Source: Cetorhinus maximus (taxonomy: Eukaryota). From it: DNA of 64,000 nt. The notes beneath the pieces were generated by a model. That model worked only from the letters and a program-made list of their open reading frames with translations. It was not told the DNA's origin and made no database searches. Position numbers and translations under genes: made by a program. Shown here in pieces: positions 1-11,329 of this stretch (position 1 is the first letter of the stretch; every line of letters starts with the position of its first letter). The DNA is taken from positions 173,104,001 to 173,168,000 of the forward strand of contig NC_135879.1 of NCBI RefSeq assembly GCF_964194155.1, written 5' to 3'.

Positions 1-976
1 GCAGCCATGCACATAATTCTTAATGTTTGCAGCCCAGGATAGCTCTGTGAAGACTTGACCCTGAAAGTCAAGAAGAGCTCAGTGACCCGTCATTGGAATG
101 CCTTTTGCAGGCCTGCCGTGATGCCCTCCAACCCCACTCTGGCCGTAGGTGGTCCAGCAATCTCATCACTCTGGCTTGGGAAGCAGTGGCAGTGGTGGTC
201 AGTGGCCATCCAGTGCAGAAAGAGGGTGAATGATCTCATCCATGCTGGCAGGGGAAGGCAACCGTCTCATCACTCTAAACTCACACATTCACAAGGCCAT
301 CACACATTCATTAGCATTTCACTCACTGCCAGCCCAAAAGACATCACTACTCATTCCCTCACACATACCCTCACATCTCCATCTGGCCTCACCTCCTCTG
401 GAGACTGCCTTCTCAGCCCTCAGCATCTTGAGGCCACTTGCAAGATCAATATGTGCCCCACACACACTCTGGGTTACCAGCTTTCCCCAGTACAGCCCTC
501 GCCCTGCAGCATCTTCCCTTGCCTGAGGCCACTTCTCTCCCTTTCCCAAGCAGGCCTTAGCCCTGCAGCCATTGAAAAGCCACCCCCACCTTATGGCTAG
601 TCTGGTAGGTAGAAACCTGCCTGTGAGCAGGCCCCCCTAAAAGTGAAGTGGTGTTGCCTGCAAAGCCTGGCGCTGATGACCACAAGTGCTGCCCGAAGCA
701 AGGTAGGCAAACAAACCTCAAAACCCCAAGCAAAATGCAGCTCGCCATGTTGCGTGGGGAGATGATTCTGGCGAGCAAGGCTTATAATGAGATGGTAAAG
801 TATTGAAATTAGCCTCCCGATGTGTGGTGGCAGGAAATGCAGCCCACCAATGACAGGTGGAGCGGATGATCGCAAATTGGTTTTACAACATGAAACCAAT
901 TTTTGACCCTGTCAGCATGTTGTCCGTTCACGCTACCAAGCACGCCCGCTGCCAGTGGGAGCAGGAAATTCTGGTC
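1..976 (+). mobile_element. Degenerate Harbinger-type element end with Myb/SANT exon remnant
   Basis: ~78-253 translates with a frameshift as SDPSLECLLQACRDAL..AWEAVAVVVS..IQCRKRVNDLIHAGR, like the Myb exon at 54553. It ends in TIR-like GGAAATTCTGGTC at 964-976. Confidence 0.7.
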
Positions 977-1086
977 TTTTGCTTTCCAGACTGTGGCTAC
1001 TCTGCGTGACATGGTGGCCAAGGAGATCCATCCAACCGTGTGGGGGTTGGGGGGTGGGTGATAGGGGCGGTGGTGGTGGCAGCTAT

Positions 1087-1506
1087 CCAATGCCAGTGGC
1101 ATTGAAAGTCACAGTGGCTTTGATATTTTTTTGCCTCAGGCTCATTTCAAGCTGCATGTGGAGACCTGAGTGCAGTATGCATCATACCACAGGATAAAGG
1201 TGTTTGTAGATATCATGTTTAGACATGCAGGGCAATTCATAGCCATCACCACTGATCACAACACAATAGTCAAACAGAATAAGCCAGATGCTTGGCAGCT
1301 ATCACAGGTTTCCCAAGGGTGCAAATAAGGGTGAAATTGATTGCACCCATGTCACCATCAAGGCACCAGTAGGCCAGCCTGGGGCCCTTAATAACAGTAA
1401 GGACAACTGTTCAATCAGCATGCAGATAGTTAACGATCACTAGCAGTGCATTCTGCAGGTCTGTGCAAAGTACATGGGGAGCAGCCATGATCCCTATATC
1501 CTCAGG
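1087..1506 (+). pseudogene. HARBI1-type Harbinger transposase fragment
   Basis: PMPVALKVTVAL..SGSFQ, IDCTHVTIKAP and LQVCAKYMGSSHDPYILR motifs, with stops and frameshifts; homologous to 57084-58300. Confidence 0.88.
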
Positions 1507-2551
1507 GTGAAGCTAGATATTCTGAGGGGTGAGGGGGAGCGGAGGTGATGGTGGTGGTGTTGGACATTGGGTGTTAGGCTAAATCCATCATCAAGAGAAG
1601 GGTTGAATTAGAGAGTCTGGGTTGGGGTGGGTGTGATGGTGCTGGCTGTTTGCTGATCATAGGGTTCGATTGTGATGAGGAAAGCATTGGATCCAAGGGA
1701 AACACTCCTGTTCTTCCAGGCCCATAAGCAGTTTAGTAAAGGCCCTTGAATCAACCCTCTTGCTTCCTTTTACTTGCTGGGAATCCCAAATTGGGAATCT
1801 GGACCTCAATGTGTTAAAAATGAAAATGGAGTTAAAATGGAGGCACACAGCCTCCTTCAAAGATTTTAGTCACAAACCCACCTCCTGAGAGTGGGTTGAT
1901 CATCTACTGCCTAATCCGCCTCTATTAAAATTGGAAAAGGGGATTCGGAGGCAATTTGGGATTGGGTTTAAAAATTTAAAAATTTTAACCTTCTCACCCA
2001 GCCCACAAAGTTCTGCCTATTGACTATGTTTCTCTTCCCACAGGTCCTGTCTGACCTTCTGAATGTTTCCATTTTTTCTGATTTCATTTTTCACATCGGT
2101 GCTGCAGACCCTTAGCACTGCATCAGATTTTGCACATTTTGAATCAGCAAACTTCCACAGACAGCTCACTGAATTAAGGTTAAGTTAGGCTAGACCATAG
2201 AAATGGCAGAGGCCCCACATTGATTCCTTTGGGTGAGCACAGCACCTGACTTCTCTAGCCAACCAATATATGCTGCATAAGAAAATTGCCCAGTGAGGTC
2301 AAATTTCAGATCATTAATTATAAGGATTTGAACAAAGAAGTTGCCTTTTGCAATGGGGAGAAAATAAACAGGTAGTAGGATTGCACTGTAACACACGGTT
2401 ATAAGCTCACATCTCATCGTTTCATGAATCACTGCATTGGGGAATTTGACCAATTTCCCATCACAATTAAAATACCACAGAATTGAAAAATTAAAATTAA
2501 TTTTGCTTAGCTTTTCAAAAGTAATTTATCTAATCTAGACATTAAAAATAG

Positions 2552-2785
2552 ATTAAAAACAAAAAGCTACTGCGGATGCTGGAAATCCAAAACAAAAACA
2601 GAATTACCTGGAAAAACTCAGCAGGTCTGGCAGCATCGGTGGAGAAGAAAAGAGCTGACGTTTTGGGTCCACATGACCCTTCAACAGTTCTGTTGAAGGG
2701 TCATGTGGACCCGAAACGTCAGCTCTTTTCTTCTCCACCGATGCTGCCAGACCTGCTGAGTTTTTCCAGGTAATTCTGTTTTTGT
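2552..2785. mobile_element. Fold-back mini-element made of inverted Penelope pseudo-LTR sequence
   Basis: Arms 2592-2687 and 2690-2785 (96 bp, one mismatch seen, TT loop). TSD ATTAAAAATAG at 2541-2551 and 2786-2796. Sequence matches the termini of the Penelope copies at 18796 and 42123. Confidence 0.9.
2686..2724 (+). ncRNA. Minimal type-I hammerhead ribozyme motif (A6U core variant)
   Basis: AGTT-CTGTTGA-A-GGGTC-ATGTG-GACCC-GAAA-CG-TC-AGCT: stem I, core, stem II, GAAA, palindromic ACGT, GUC site. Confidence 0.7.
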
Positions 2786-5098
2786 ATTAAAAATAGGTTT
2801 TCTGAACAATTTTAAGATTGAACTTGTATACCAAATTTCATTTTTTCAAAATATATTTGGGGGTGGATGGGGCAGGGTGGGGTTGGGAAATGACCTGCTG
2901 AGATATTTAATATGTTCACTGTTGCTACTACAGTCGTTTCAGCACGTTACCTAAAGAATGGCATTGACCTTCAGATTAGTGACCATTTCATCTAAAAAGG
3001 TTAGATTGACTAGACTAATAGTCTCATATTCTATCTCATATTCTATCTTGACAACGATGAACAGGACACAACAGTTTTGGGGCATATTTTTCATTGCACT
3101 AAATACAGAAATGTTAAATGTAAGAGAATAAGTGCTAAGAGTTATGGTACTTTAACAAGCTGCCCCATGTGTTCATTTAGGTTGGTCACAATAAGATTTA
3201 CTCCTTATATAGTTTAGAAGTTGCTTCTTTTATTTTAGAAACTCAGCTGCAGCACTCTGGGTAGTGCTGGCCCAGATGTTATAATTTTTTTTAGGATGCA
3301 TTTAATTTGATAACAGCTGGTATTGCTAGCAAAGAAAGGCTGCCCTAGCCTTTGACATACCTGGAAATCATAACCTATAGCCCTGATTGTTATTGATTTT
3401 TCTTTCCTGGGGATTGCATTATAAAATCAATATTTTTTGCACAAGGTAAAATAGTTTACAAGGGCCGCAACATACTATTTGACTTCTGGAAACACACTGA
3501 GCTCTGTGAAACCACCCGGGCAGCCAATTAAGAGAAAACATCTATTAGGTAAAAACAGGTCAGTGCTATCGATCGCCATTGATTTTCTTATCACAGTGAA
3601 AGACAATCAATTAGAGAGAGGAGGCTAATGTTACAGATGCAATTTAATAACCCAAAAGAGAGGAGGGTTTATTGATCCCTGACGTGGAGCACTGAGATTT
3701 ATTGAAATATATTAAACTTCACCTGTCTTATGATCAAAAAAAGGCTGAATTAGAATTCAGCTGATGCAATAGAGTCAGCATTATAAAAGAAACTGTATGA
3801 GATCAGCCCTATTAGGAATTAAACTAAAACCGCAGAAGAAATATGAGGCTCAGAACTCAATACTAAATCACTGTGCTTTGAGTAAATCTGTATGTCTAGT
3901 AAAAGTTGGTTCTCTGTCCCTAACATACAGACAAGTGAACCACCTGTCATTTTCAGGAGGAAAGTCGGTTTTGTCAACCATCCACAAATGACAACTAAAG
4001 CCTTATTTGAGATTAAGGGGCACATTACAGCCCATTGTGCTCTGGTCTAAGTGCCAATTTATCTAGCTTTCTCTCTTCAGCAAACATGGGAGCAGATGTA
4101 TATGATAAAAAAATCTCTCTAATTATGCCACCATTTAAGAGAATACATAAAGAAAGATGTTGTATGTTCTTTAAAAAGGGTCTCCATGTAAAAAAGGGGA
4201 CAGAGGAAAATCTGACATTGCTAATGGCAATTAATGAAGTGTTGTTAGGCGCCACCATTACTGAACAAATAAACTTCTCCAGATTTGATATTAAAGCTTG
4301 CACCAGCTGGTGCACTGTTGTGTTTTGTCTGTAAATAGATGTACACCTTCATTGAGCCATTTTGGTAGACCTGAATGTGAAACTTTCCAACAAAGACTTT
4401 ATTGCATTTCACTGTGAAATGTGTATAGGGAAGGAAGAAGAAACATTGGCACATAGAAAATTATTTTTCGTTATTATTTACATCCCTTTCAATGCTACCA
4501 GCAGCTGCAATTCACATTAATTTGCAGGGCCAGTCAATTATAACATAAATGGAACCACTTGAGCTGGAGTAACTTGAAATTTTCAGAACATCTACACATG
4601 AAAAGACATAGGGAACCTGGTGTCAAAGCAAGCAGGCACCCTGATTCGATAAAACAACTTTCTTGTAGTCCATTCACCCTCAACAACTTTGGCATCAAAA
4701 AATATTAAAATATCTAATATTAAAATCCATCAAAATTAAAATTGCTGGATGGCAAATTATGTGGACCCTCTGGACTCAAATTTCTGTGTTTTTAAATTAA
4801 TTTATGGGATGTGAGCAATGCTGGCAAGGCCATTGTCCACCCGCTGCATTTAATTTTCCAACCATTTCTCCATGACACGTTCTAAAGGTCACCCTTCTTT
4901 AGTTCCTTTCTCTACCACCTTCCGCATCACCCATATTTTTGGAGTGCACTGTAATCATCAATAACCCCAGGAGACTCATTCCAAGAATTACTGAGGTAAG
5001 TTATCGAAATGACAGCTAAATGCCCAAGTGATTAAAGAAGACTCCTTCCAATGTTACTATTCCAATAAATAAATGTTATTTCTGTAAAAAGACCTTCT

Positions 5099-5290
5099 AT
5101 CAAAGCTTTTTGTCATGTACTCATCAGAACAATCAGAGTCCACTTGCCAATCAATCAGCACTCTCTTCTCATACAGCATAAAGTTGTTGCTTCCCCTGAC
5201 ATTGGTATTCTTGTGATTGTCCTGATGAGTGCAAGATGAAAAGCTTCAACAAAATGTCTTTTTTCAGCAATACTCAAGTTCTGTACTAAT
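5099..5290 (+). mobile_element. Solo pseudo-LTR of a second Penelope-like family with short inverted copy of its hammerhead
   Basis: 5131-5270 matches 39770-39912 (CAATCAGAGTC.ACTTGCCAA..AATCA.CAC...). 5099-5137 is an inverted copy of ~5215-5250. Confidence 0.8.
5217..5252 (+). ncRNA. Minimal hammerhead ribozyme motif, family 2 (CpG-decayed)
   Basis: TTGTC-CTGATGA-GT-GCAAG-AT-GAAA-AGCT-TC-AACAA. The copy at 39858-39892 keeps the pairing AC and GACAA bases. Confidence 0.65.
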
Positions 5291-5804
5291 AAATGCTACT
5301 TTTTTTTATTGGTAGACATGTTCCTTTTGGCTATCACCAATGTTATAACCAAATTGTTATAATATTTAAATTGCAGTCGTGTACAGCTGCTTTCTAGAAT
5401 TCAAAGCAAATCACTTTTTATGAAAGCTGGTACCATCACCAGATTAACTGACTAAACAACGAATTTTGTCTGAAGGGCAAACATCATGGTGGTGGCACTG
5501 GAAGTCGGTTTCCATTTGGTCATTAAGCGGTCAACCACACGCGATTTCACAGTGGCCGAGCAATTAACAAATGCAAAGCGCGAGGGCTGTCCAATCCCAG
5601 GCCCAGGTAGGAATGCAGGCAGTGAGGTCGGCGTCAGCTGATGTTGTGGTAGCTGCAGGTGCCATATTTAACGGGCTTTCAACCCTGCATTTGTTGTGGC
5701 CTGAACAAAGGACTCCACTGCTACTGCAGCCTTGAGCCAGCCTGTTGCTGCTTTGACTGAAGACTTAAACCAGCCAAGGGCCTCACCAGAAGGCTACAGT
5801 GACA

Positions 5805-6058
5805 ATGGCAGAAAGAAGACCCCAGATGGCACCACAGTGCAGCGATGCCTGTCTGCAGGTTCTCCTCCAGGCTGCAAGCGAAAGGCGGAAGGTCCTCTTC
5901 CCCATAGGCGGAGGGGGGACAAGACGGCCCCGCCTGGCCAAGCAAACAAGTAACACTGGATAGAGACCACAGAATGGGTCAGCAGCCATGGGATCACTGC
6001 CTCCTGAACCTGGATCCAATGCAGCAAGCATATCAATGACATCATTCAATCTGCAAAG
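5805..6058 (+). pseudogene. Harbinger Myb/SANT-like exon 1
   Basis: MAERRPQMAPQCSDACLQVLLQAASERRKVLFP...WIQCSKHINDIIQSAK, then donor GTGAAT; frameshifted. Confidence 0.8.
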
Positions 6059-6199
6059 GTGAATATTCCAGACCACTTCTCCCTTTGGCGAGACCAGGAG
6101 TACCAACCCAAGAGGGTGAGAGAATGAGTGAGAATGCACAAGGCACATACAAGGCACAGTGCTCATCTCAACACCGTCAGACACATGAAACTGCATAGA

Positions 6200-6660
6200 A
6201 AGTCTGGGTGGAATGAGGAGAAAGGGTTTGGAATCGCTTAACCCTTACATGTTTAGAAGTATTAGAGGTAATCTAATTGAAACATACAAATTTCTTACAG
6301 GTCTTGACAGGATAAATGCAGAAAGGACATTTCCTCTGGCTGGGGCGGGGGATCTAGAACTAGGGGACACTGTCTCAGAATAGGCCATTTAGGACTGAGA
6401 TGAGGAGGAATTTCTTCACTCAGAGAGTGGTGAATGTTTGGAATTTTCTACTCCAGAAGGCTGTGGAGGCTCAGTCAGTGAGTATGTTCAAGACAGAGTT
6501 CAATAGGTATTTAAGACGCCACAGGATATGGGTATTGTGCGGAAAAATGACATTGAGGTAGAAGATCAACCATGATCTAGTTGAATGGCAGAGCAGGCTC
6601 GAGGGGCCACATGGCCAACTCCTGCTCCTATTTCCTATTTCCCTACATTTATGTTCTCTC
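6200..6660 (+). mobile_element. CR1 LINE 3' fragment
   Basis: RGNLIETYKFLTGLDR, FRTEMRRNFFTQRVV and a CR1-type tail; homologous to 45400-45787. Confidence 0.9.
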
Positions 6661-7851
6661 AGGCAGAGCAGTGTCAAACCCAGGCATGAAAAGTTCAAGA
6701 GACTGGGGGCCAGCTGGAAACCTCTGAGGAGGAGAGGGGTCCTCAGAGGGTGCAGTGTCACCTCACCCTCCACCAGCACCAATGCTCTCACTTCAGTAGA
6801 ATTGTGTTCATGAGCAAATTCAGGGCCGCAAGCTGGTGAAAACATCACAGATGCACCCGAGCAGCTGACAGAAGCTGTGAAGGCCAAGGCCACTGACAGG
6901 CAGAGGAGTGGGAGAGGGCAGGCCCATGCTGAGCCGCAGACTGATTAATTGCCTTTGGAGTCATCGGCAACATGGCAACTGCTGCAGCTGCAGCAAGAGG
7001 TGAGAAAACATCTAACGGAACTGCCAGAAACTACGAGTCCATCCAGCTCATGAGCACTGATATATCTCTGATGTTCGGCAAACCCCATTGAGAGCCAGAT
7101 CCAGAAGCTCACCTCAGTGGATGCTGAAGATGCATGTAGACCTGCATACCCTCGCCTTGACAATGAGTTCAATGCAGTAATGGCAAGCCAAAAGGTGTAT
7201 AAGGTGCCTAGAATTTCCAGCAGGTTCTTGTCCTTCTCAGGTCAGCAGGAAGGTACAAGTGAACCGTGCAGGAGAGGAGCAGCAGCTGCCTTCTGCTTCA
7301 GTGAGGCTTCTCTCAGGATGCTCCTGGTGTGAACAGTGGCTCCTCAGCCCCTCTGTCAGTGACACCTGTGCCTCACTTACCCACAACAACAGAGTTTTGT
7401 GCCTGTGCAGGAGACCCTCAGAATGTCGGGACCCTCCCTGCCTTGTGTAGCCAGAGGATGGCCGCTTAGGTCATCCTAAGCCTGGGGGCACTATGAACCT
7501 GCCTTCACTGCAGCTGCAGGCGCACAGGTAACACCTCACAGGGGCATTCACAAGAGAGTTAAGGAGACCACCCGGGTGATTACAATATTTAGTTAAGTTT
7601 TGTTTCTGTTGTGTAACTCAATAAATCATTCACCCACTGTTGCCACTTGTCATTCTAATTCTAGTTATTCCATGACATCTCATCTACACCCTTGCTCCCT
7701 CAATGAACTGGTGGTGATGAAGTGTGCCCCATCCCTTCACCTCCTCAGCATTGCCACTGTGTTCTGTGAACTCTGGGTGCTGGGTGATGAAATGATAAAT
7801 GAAAGGGGGGGCTGCAGGACTGATTAAAGGTAAGGTTTTATTGAAATGTTT

Positions 7852-8650
7852 CTAAAAGTGCACAATGGTTACAGAAAATGGTTCTGTACTAGGGTGTCCC
7901 GGGCCTCCCTGGTGCGTATCATTGCACCTTGCCTGTGGTAGAAGCGGTTCCTCATCCTGCATCATCTGGTCAGCTGGCTCCTCCACATCCTCATCATCAG
8001 AGGAGGCAGCACCATCACCAATGCCCTCATTGTCCAACGCTTTCCCCCTCTGCAGCGTCAGGTTGTGCAGTGCAGAGCAGGCCACCATGATCCACGAGGC
8101 CCTTGCTTGGACATACTGGGACATACACTGGATTAAGGCACCTGAATTGCATCTTCAGAATCCAATGTTCTACTCCATAGTTGCTCAGGTTGACCTGTGG
8201 CAGGTGTTGTACCTCTCCTCTGCATCCGTGCATGGGTTCCTCACAGGCGTGAGTAGCCTTGTCTTTAGTGGGTAGTCCTTGTCTCTCAGTACCCATCCCC
8301 AAATGCAGACAGGGTCTGGAAAAGCTGTGGCACCTGAGACTGCTGAAGTGGGCACTGTGGCTGCCTGCTGGGAATCATGCACACACCTGAGGGATCAGCT
8401 GTTGGTACTCGTCTATCAGTTTGACATTGATGGAATGGAAGCTCTTCCTATTGATGATGGGCACTATCTGGTCTGTGGGAGCTTTGATGGCCACATTGGT
8501 GCAGTAAATGATACCCTGCGCCTGGGAGAATCCAACAACAGTCCCGAATTCAATGGACCTCTCAGTCCGACTGTCTGTCCGGAGGCGTAGAAGTTTACAT
8601 CCACAGTGATCTTCAGCGCCATTAGATGTCCACCAACCCTATGAGTCTCA
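7852..8650 (-). pseudogene. HARBI1-type transposase remnant
   Basis: GWVLRDKDYPLKTRLLTPVRNPCTDAEERYNTCH, ILKMQFRCL and ACSALHNL motifs split across frames. Confidence 0.9.
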
Positions 8651-8699
8651 GCTCATCCTGCAGCATGGTGCAGAGATCAATGATGGCCCCCCTCGAGGG

Positions 8700-9282
8700 C
8701 TACAATCTTTGCTGACACCATCGCTTGGACATTTGGAGAAAGTTCAGCAAAGAGTGGTACACTCTTTCCTGGGGATAGCCTCCTCTATGAGCAGCTGCTT
8801 GTTGGTGTACTCCTCTGTGTCCTTCTGCAGTCTACCTACCCTGACACTGACACACTTGCTGATCCTGAAGTTGATGATGTGCCCCCACCCATGCTCAGAC
8901 CTCTCTTCCTCCTGGCTGCCCTTCATCAAGGGCTACAAGGCCCAGGTGGATGAGGCCCATGCTAGGTGTCCTCTCTCTCTGATTCCTACGCTTTTTATCA
9001 GGAAGTCCCCCCACAAGCCAGGCCTGACCCTGAGTCCTTTCCTTGGAGCAAATGCCACTCGCCCCATGTGACCCTGACCTGAAGCCCTCTCAATACTGGT
9101 ACCTTTATGCCACCTTCTGCCACATCTGCAACTCACTCTGTGTACCACCCTTCATGCCGCCACACTCTGGTTCTCCCGATGGCTTCTTGAGAGACTACAA
9201 TCTTTGCTGACACTGTCGCTTGGACATTTGGAGAAAGTTCAGCAAAGAGTGGTACACTCTTTCCTGGGGATAGCCTCCTCTA
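8700..9282 (+). repeat. 88-bp direct repeat pair (8700-8787, 9195-9282)
   Basis: CTACAATCTTTGCTGACAC...GGATAGCCTCCTCTA occurs twice with two mismatches seen. Confidence 0.93.
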
Positions 9283-9949
9283 CTTAACCCCCATTTCCTT
9301 CCTGCCTCACTTCATCAGATGGGGCTCCATAGCCCCATGGTCCCCTTGTGCCATTGATAAAATTGGAAATACGCCATAAAATTGGAGTTAATTGCACTTT
9401 CAGGTACCTTAATTGGTGTCCTGCCACCTTAATGTCAGAAGTCCGCCTTCCATGGTTTCTGTCACTGCTAAAATCCAGAAGCCACATCAAGGGCATCAGA
9501 ATTCCAGCCAATGGCAGTCTGCTCCCATTTTATGGCCCCCCCCCACCCCATTTTAAATGGCCCAGTAAAATTTCAGTCAATGTACATAGTCAAGGTTTGT
9601 CTAGGTTTTTATTTCATGAAAACTTCTAATACATCAATTTTAAAGGCAGAGGCCAGGAGGAAACATTAATCCTGAGCACGAAGAACTATATTTTGAAAGG
9701 GCACAGAATTATGGGGCGGTAGAATTAAACTAATTTCATTTATTTTCTGTTATTGCCGTTTAATTTTCTTTCATGCCACTTACTCTACAGAACACAATCC
9801 AAAAGGAAAGATAACACAATTTGCTGTTCTGCCATTCAGTGCAAAACAAAAGGAGAGATGCTTAGGCAAAAAGGCAAGAAAATCTGCTTCAGATTTTGCT
9901 TTGATGCATGTATTTCTGATGAGAGGAGTTTCCTGAATGTCCTTTATAT

Positions 9950-10290
9950 CTTCCAATGTTAGCTGTGGCTCAAATGTGGTATTGTCTCAGAGTTTAAAAG
10001 GTTGTTAGTTCAAGTCCTATTCCAATGCCTTGGTGGAGGCCACAACTGCCCTCTCAGGTGGATGTAAATGATCCATGATGCTATCCTGAAGCTTTTCTGG
10101 CCAATTTTTCTCCCTTTATCAATATTACTAAAATAGATTAGCTGGTCAATATCTCATTGCTGTTTGTGGGACCTTGCTGTATGCAAATTGGCTGTCACGT
10201 TTCCTACATTACAATAGTGATTACACTTCAAAAGCACTTCATTGATTCAAAAGTGCTTTGGGACTTCATGAAAGGCAGCAGTTAAATGTG
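9950..10290 (+). mobile_element. tRNA-type SINE with Deu-like central domain
   Basis: GTTCAAGTCC box B-like head, CTCATTGCTGTTTGTGGGACCTTGCTGTATGCAAATTGGCTG core and an L2-like tail. Related copies at ~30020, 34310, 51000 and 53905. Confidence 0.7.
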
Positions 10291-10312
10291 AGGTTTTTTT
10301 TAACGTCCACCA

Positions 10313-10540
10313 TAGGAACAGGAGTAGATCATTAGCCCTGCGAACCTGTTCCCCATTCATTCAGATCATCGCTGATCAACTCCATTTACCAACCTTTGAT
10401 CTATACCCCTTACTACTCTTATCTAACAAAAAAATCTATTGATCTCAGTCTTGAAAATTTCAATCAAACCAATATCCAAAAATTTGGGGGAATAACATTC
10501 CAAATTTCCATAACCTTTTGTGCGAAAAGTACCCTTTTTC
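10313..10540 (-). mobile_element. CR1 LINE 3' end fragment
   Basis: Reverse complement of a CR1 tail (ATAGGAACAGGAGTAG...GATCATCGCTGATC), similar to 41965-42100. Confidence 0.7.
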
Positions 10541-11329
10541 TTGTGAATTGAGTAGGCACAGAAACGTAATAATAGGGAATAATAATAGGTAAGGGGGACA
10601 GTTATCCCTCTATCACTCTTACAGGATGTGCATGGGGAATAGTGCTTTCACTTCCCTTGCTGACCTTGTGAGGTCATTAATCATCTTTCTGCATGACTTT
10701 ATGTGAGATCCTGGTGGCTGTGCTAAGTGCTTCAAAAACCTCTCTCCATAATGCTTGCACTCATCTATTATGGGAATTCCTGTTCTCAGTACCTAGATGT
10801 CCAACCCCTTCTAGTCCACACTTCAGTGAATAGAACAAATGTATCAGTAAACCTGACAGCCTTTCCTGCATCTGACCCCTCTGAAGCTGCACCTCCTTCA
10901 GCCACTTTTTAACTGTCACAAAACAGGCTTATGCAGCTCTTTAATCAGCTGCAGGGTTTTAAACATTGCAGCATAATTTGACTTTTCTCCCTCCCATCCG
11001 TAGTAAAGCCAATGAACAGCAATTTAATAAGCCTAAAATCATCCAGCATATATAATTTGGACTGCCCTGCACAAAAGCAGTGAACTGATGCCGGGACCAC
11101 ATCGGTGGGTAAAAATCCCACTCTGCCGCCAACCTACTAATTAGAGGAAAATCTGGCCTCATTGTTTTATGTAATCATAATAATATTCCTTAAATAATTA
11201 TTGCAAAGTGCAAATCTTCTTCAACTAAGACATTTAATATATTTTCACTGATCTTCACAAACTGTTCTATGTATTAAATCAAATACTGTTTCCTAATATT
11301 AATTCAGTTATTAACTGCACACATGCTAA

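Larger units (their letters stand above)
5456..9578 (+). mobile_element. Old Harbinger transposon (Myb + / transposase -), interrupted by CR1
   Basis: Myb exon 5805-6058, low-complexity last-exon-like 6660-7570, transposase remnant on -, TIR-like AAAATTTCAGTC at 9567-9578. Left end uncertain. Confidence 0.8.

Noticed and set aside
3022-3048. 12-bp tandem duplication TCTCATATTCTA (similar short repeats at ~36385)
   Set aside because: Ordinary slippage products.
4025-4334. Antiparallel ~97-aa ORFs as genes
   Set aside because: No recognisable domain or convincing splice context; AT-rich chance ORFs.
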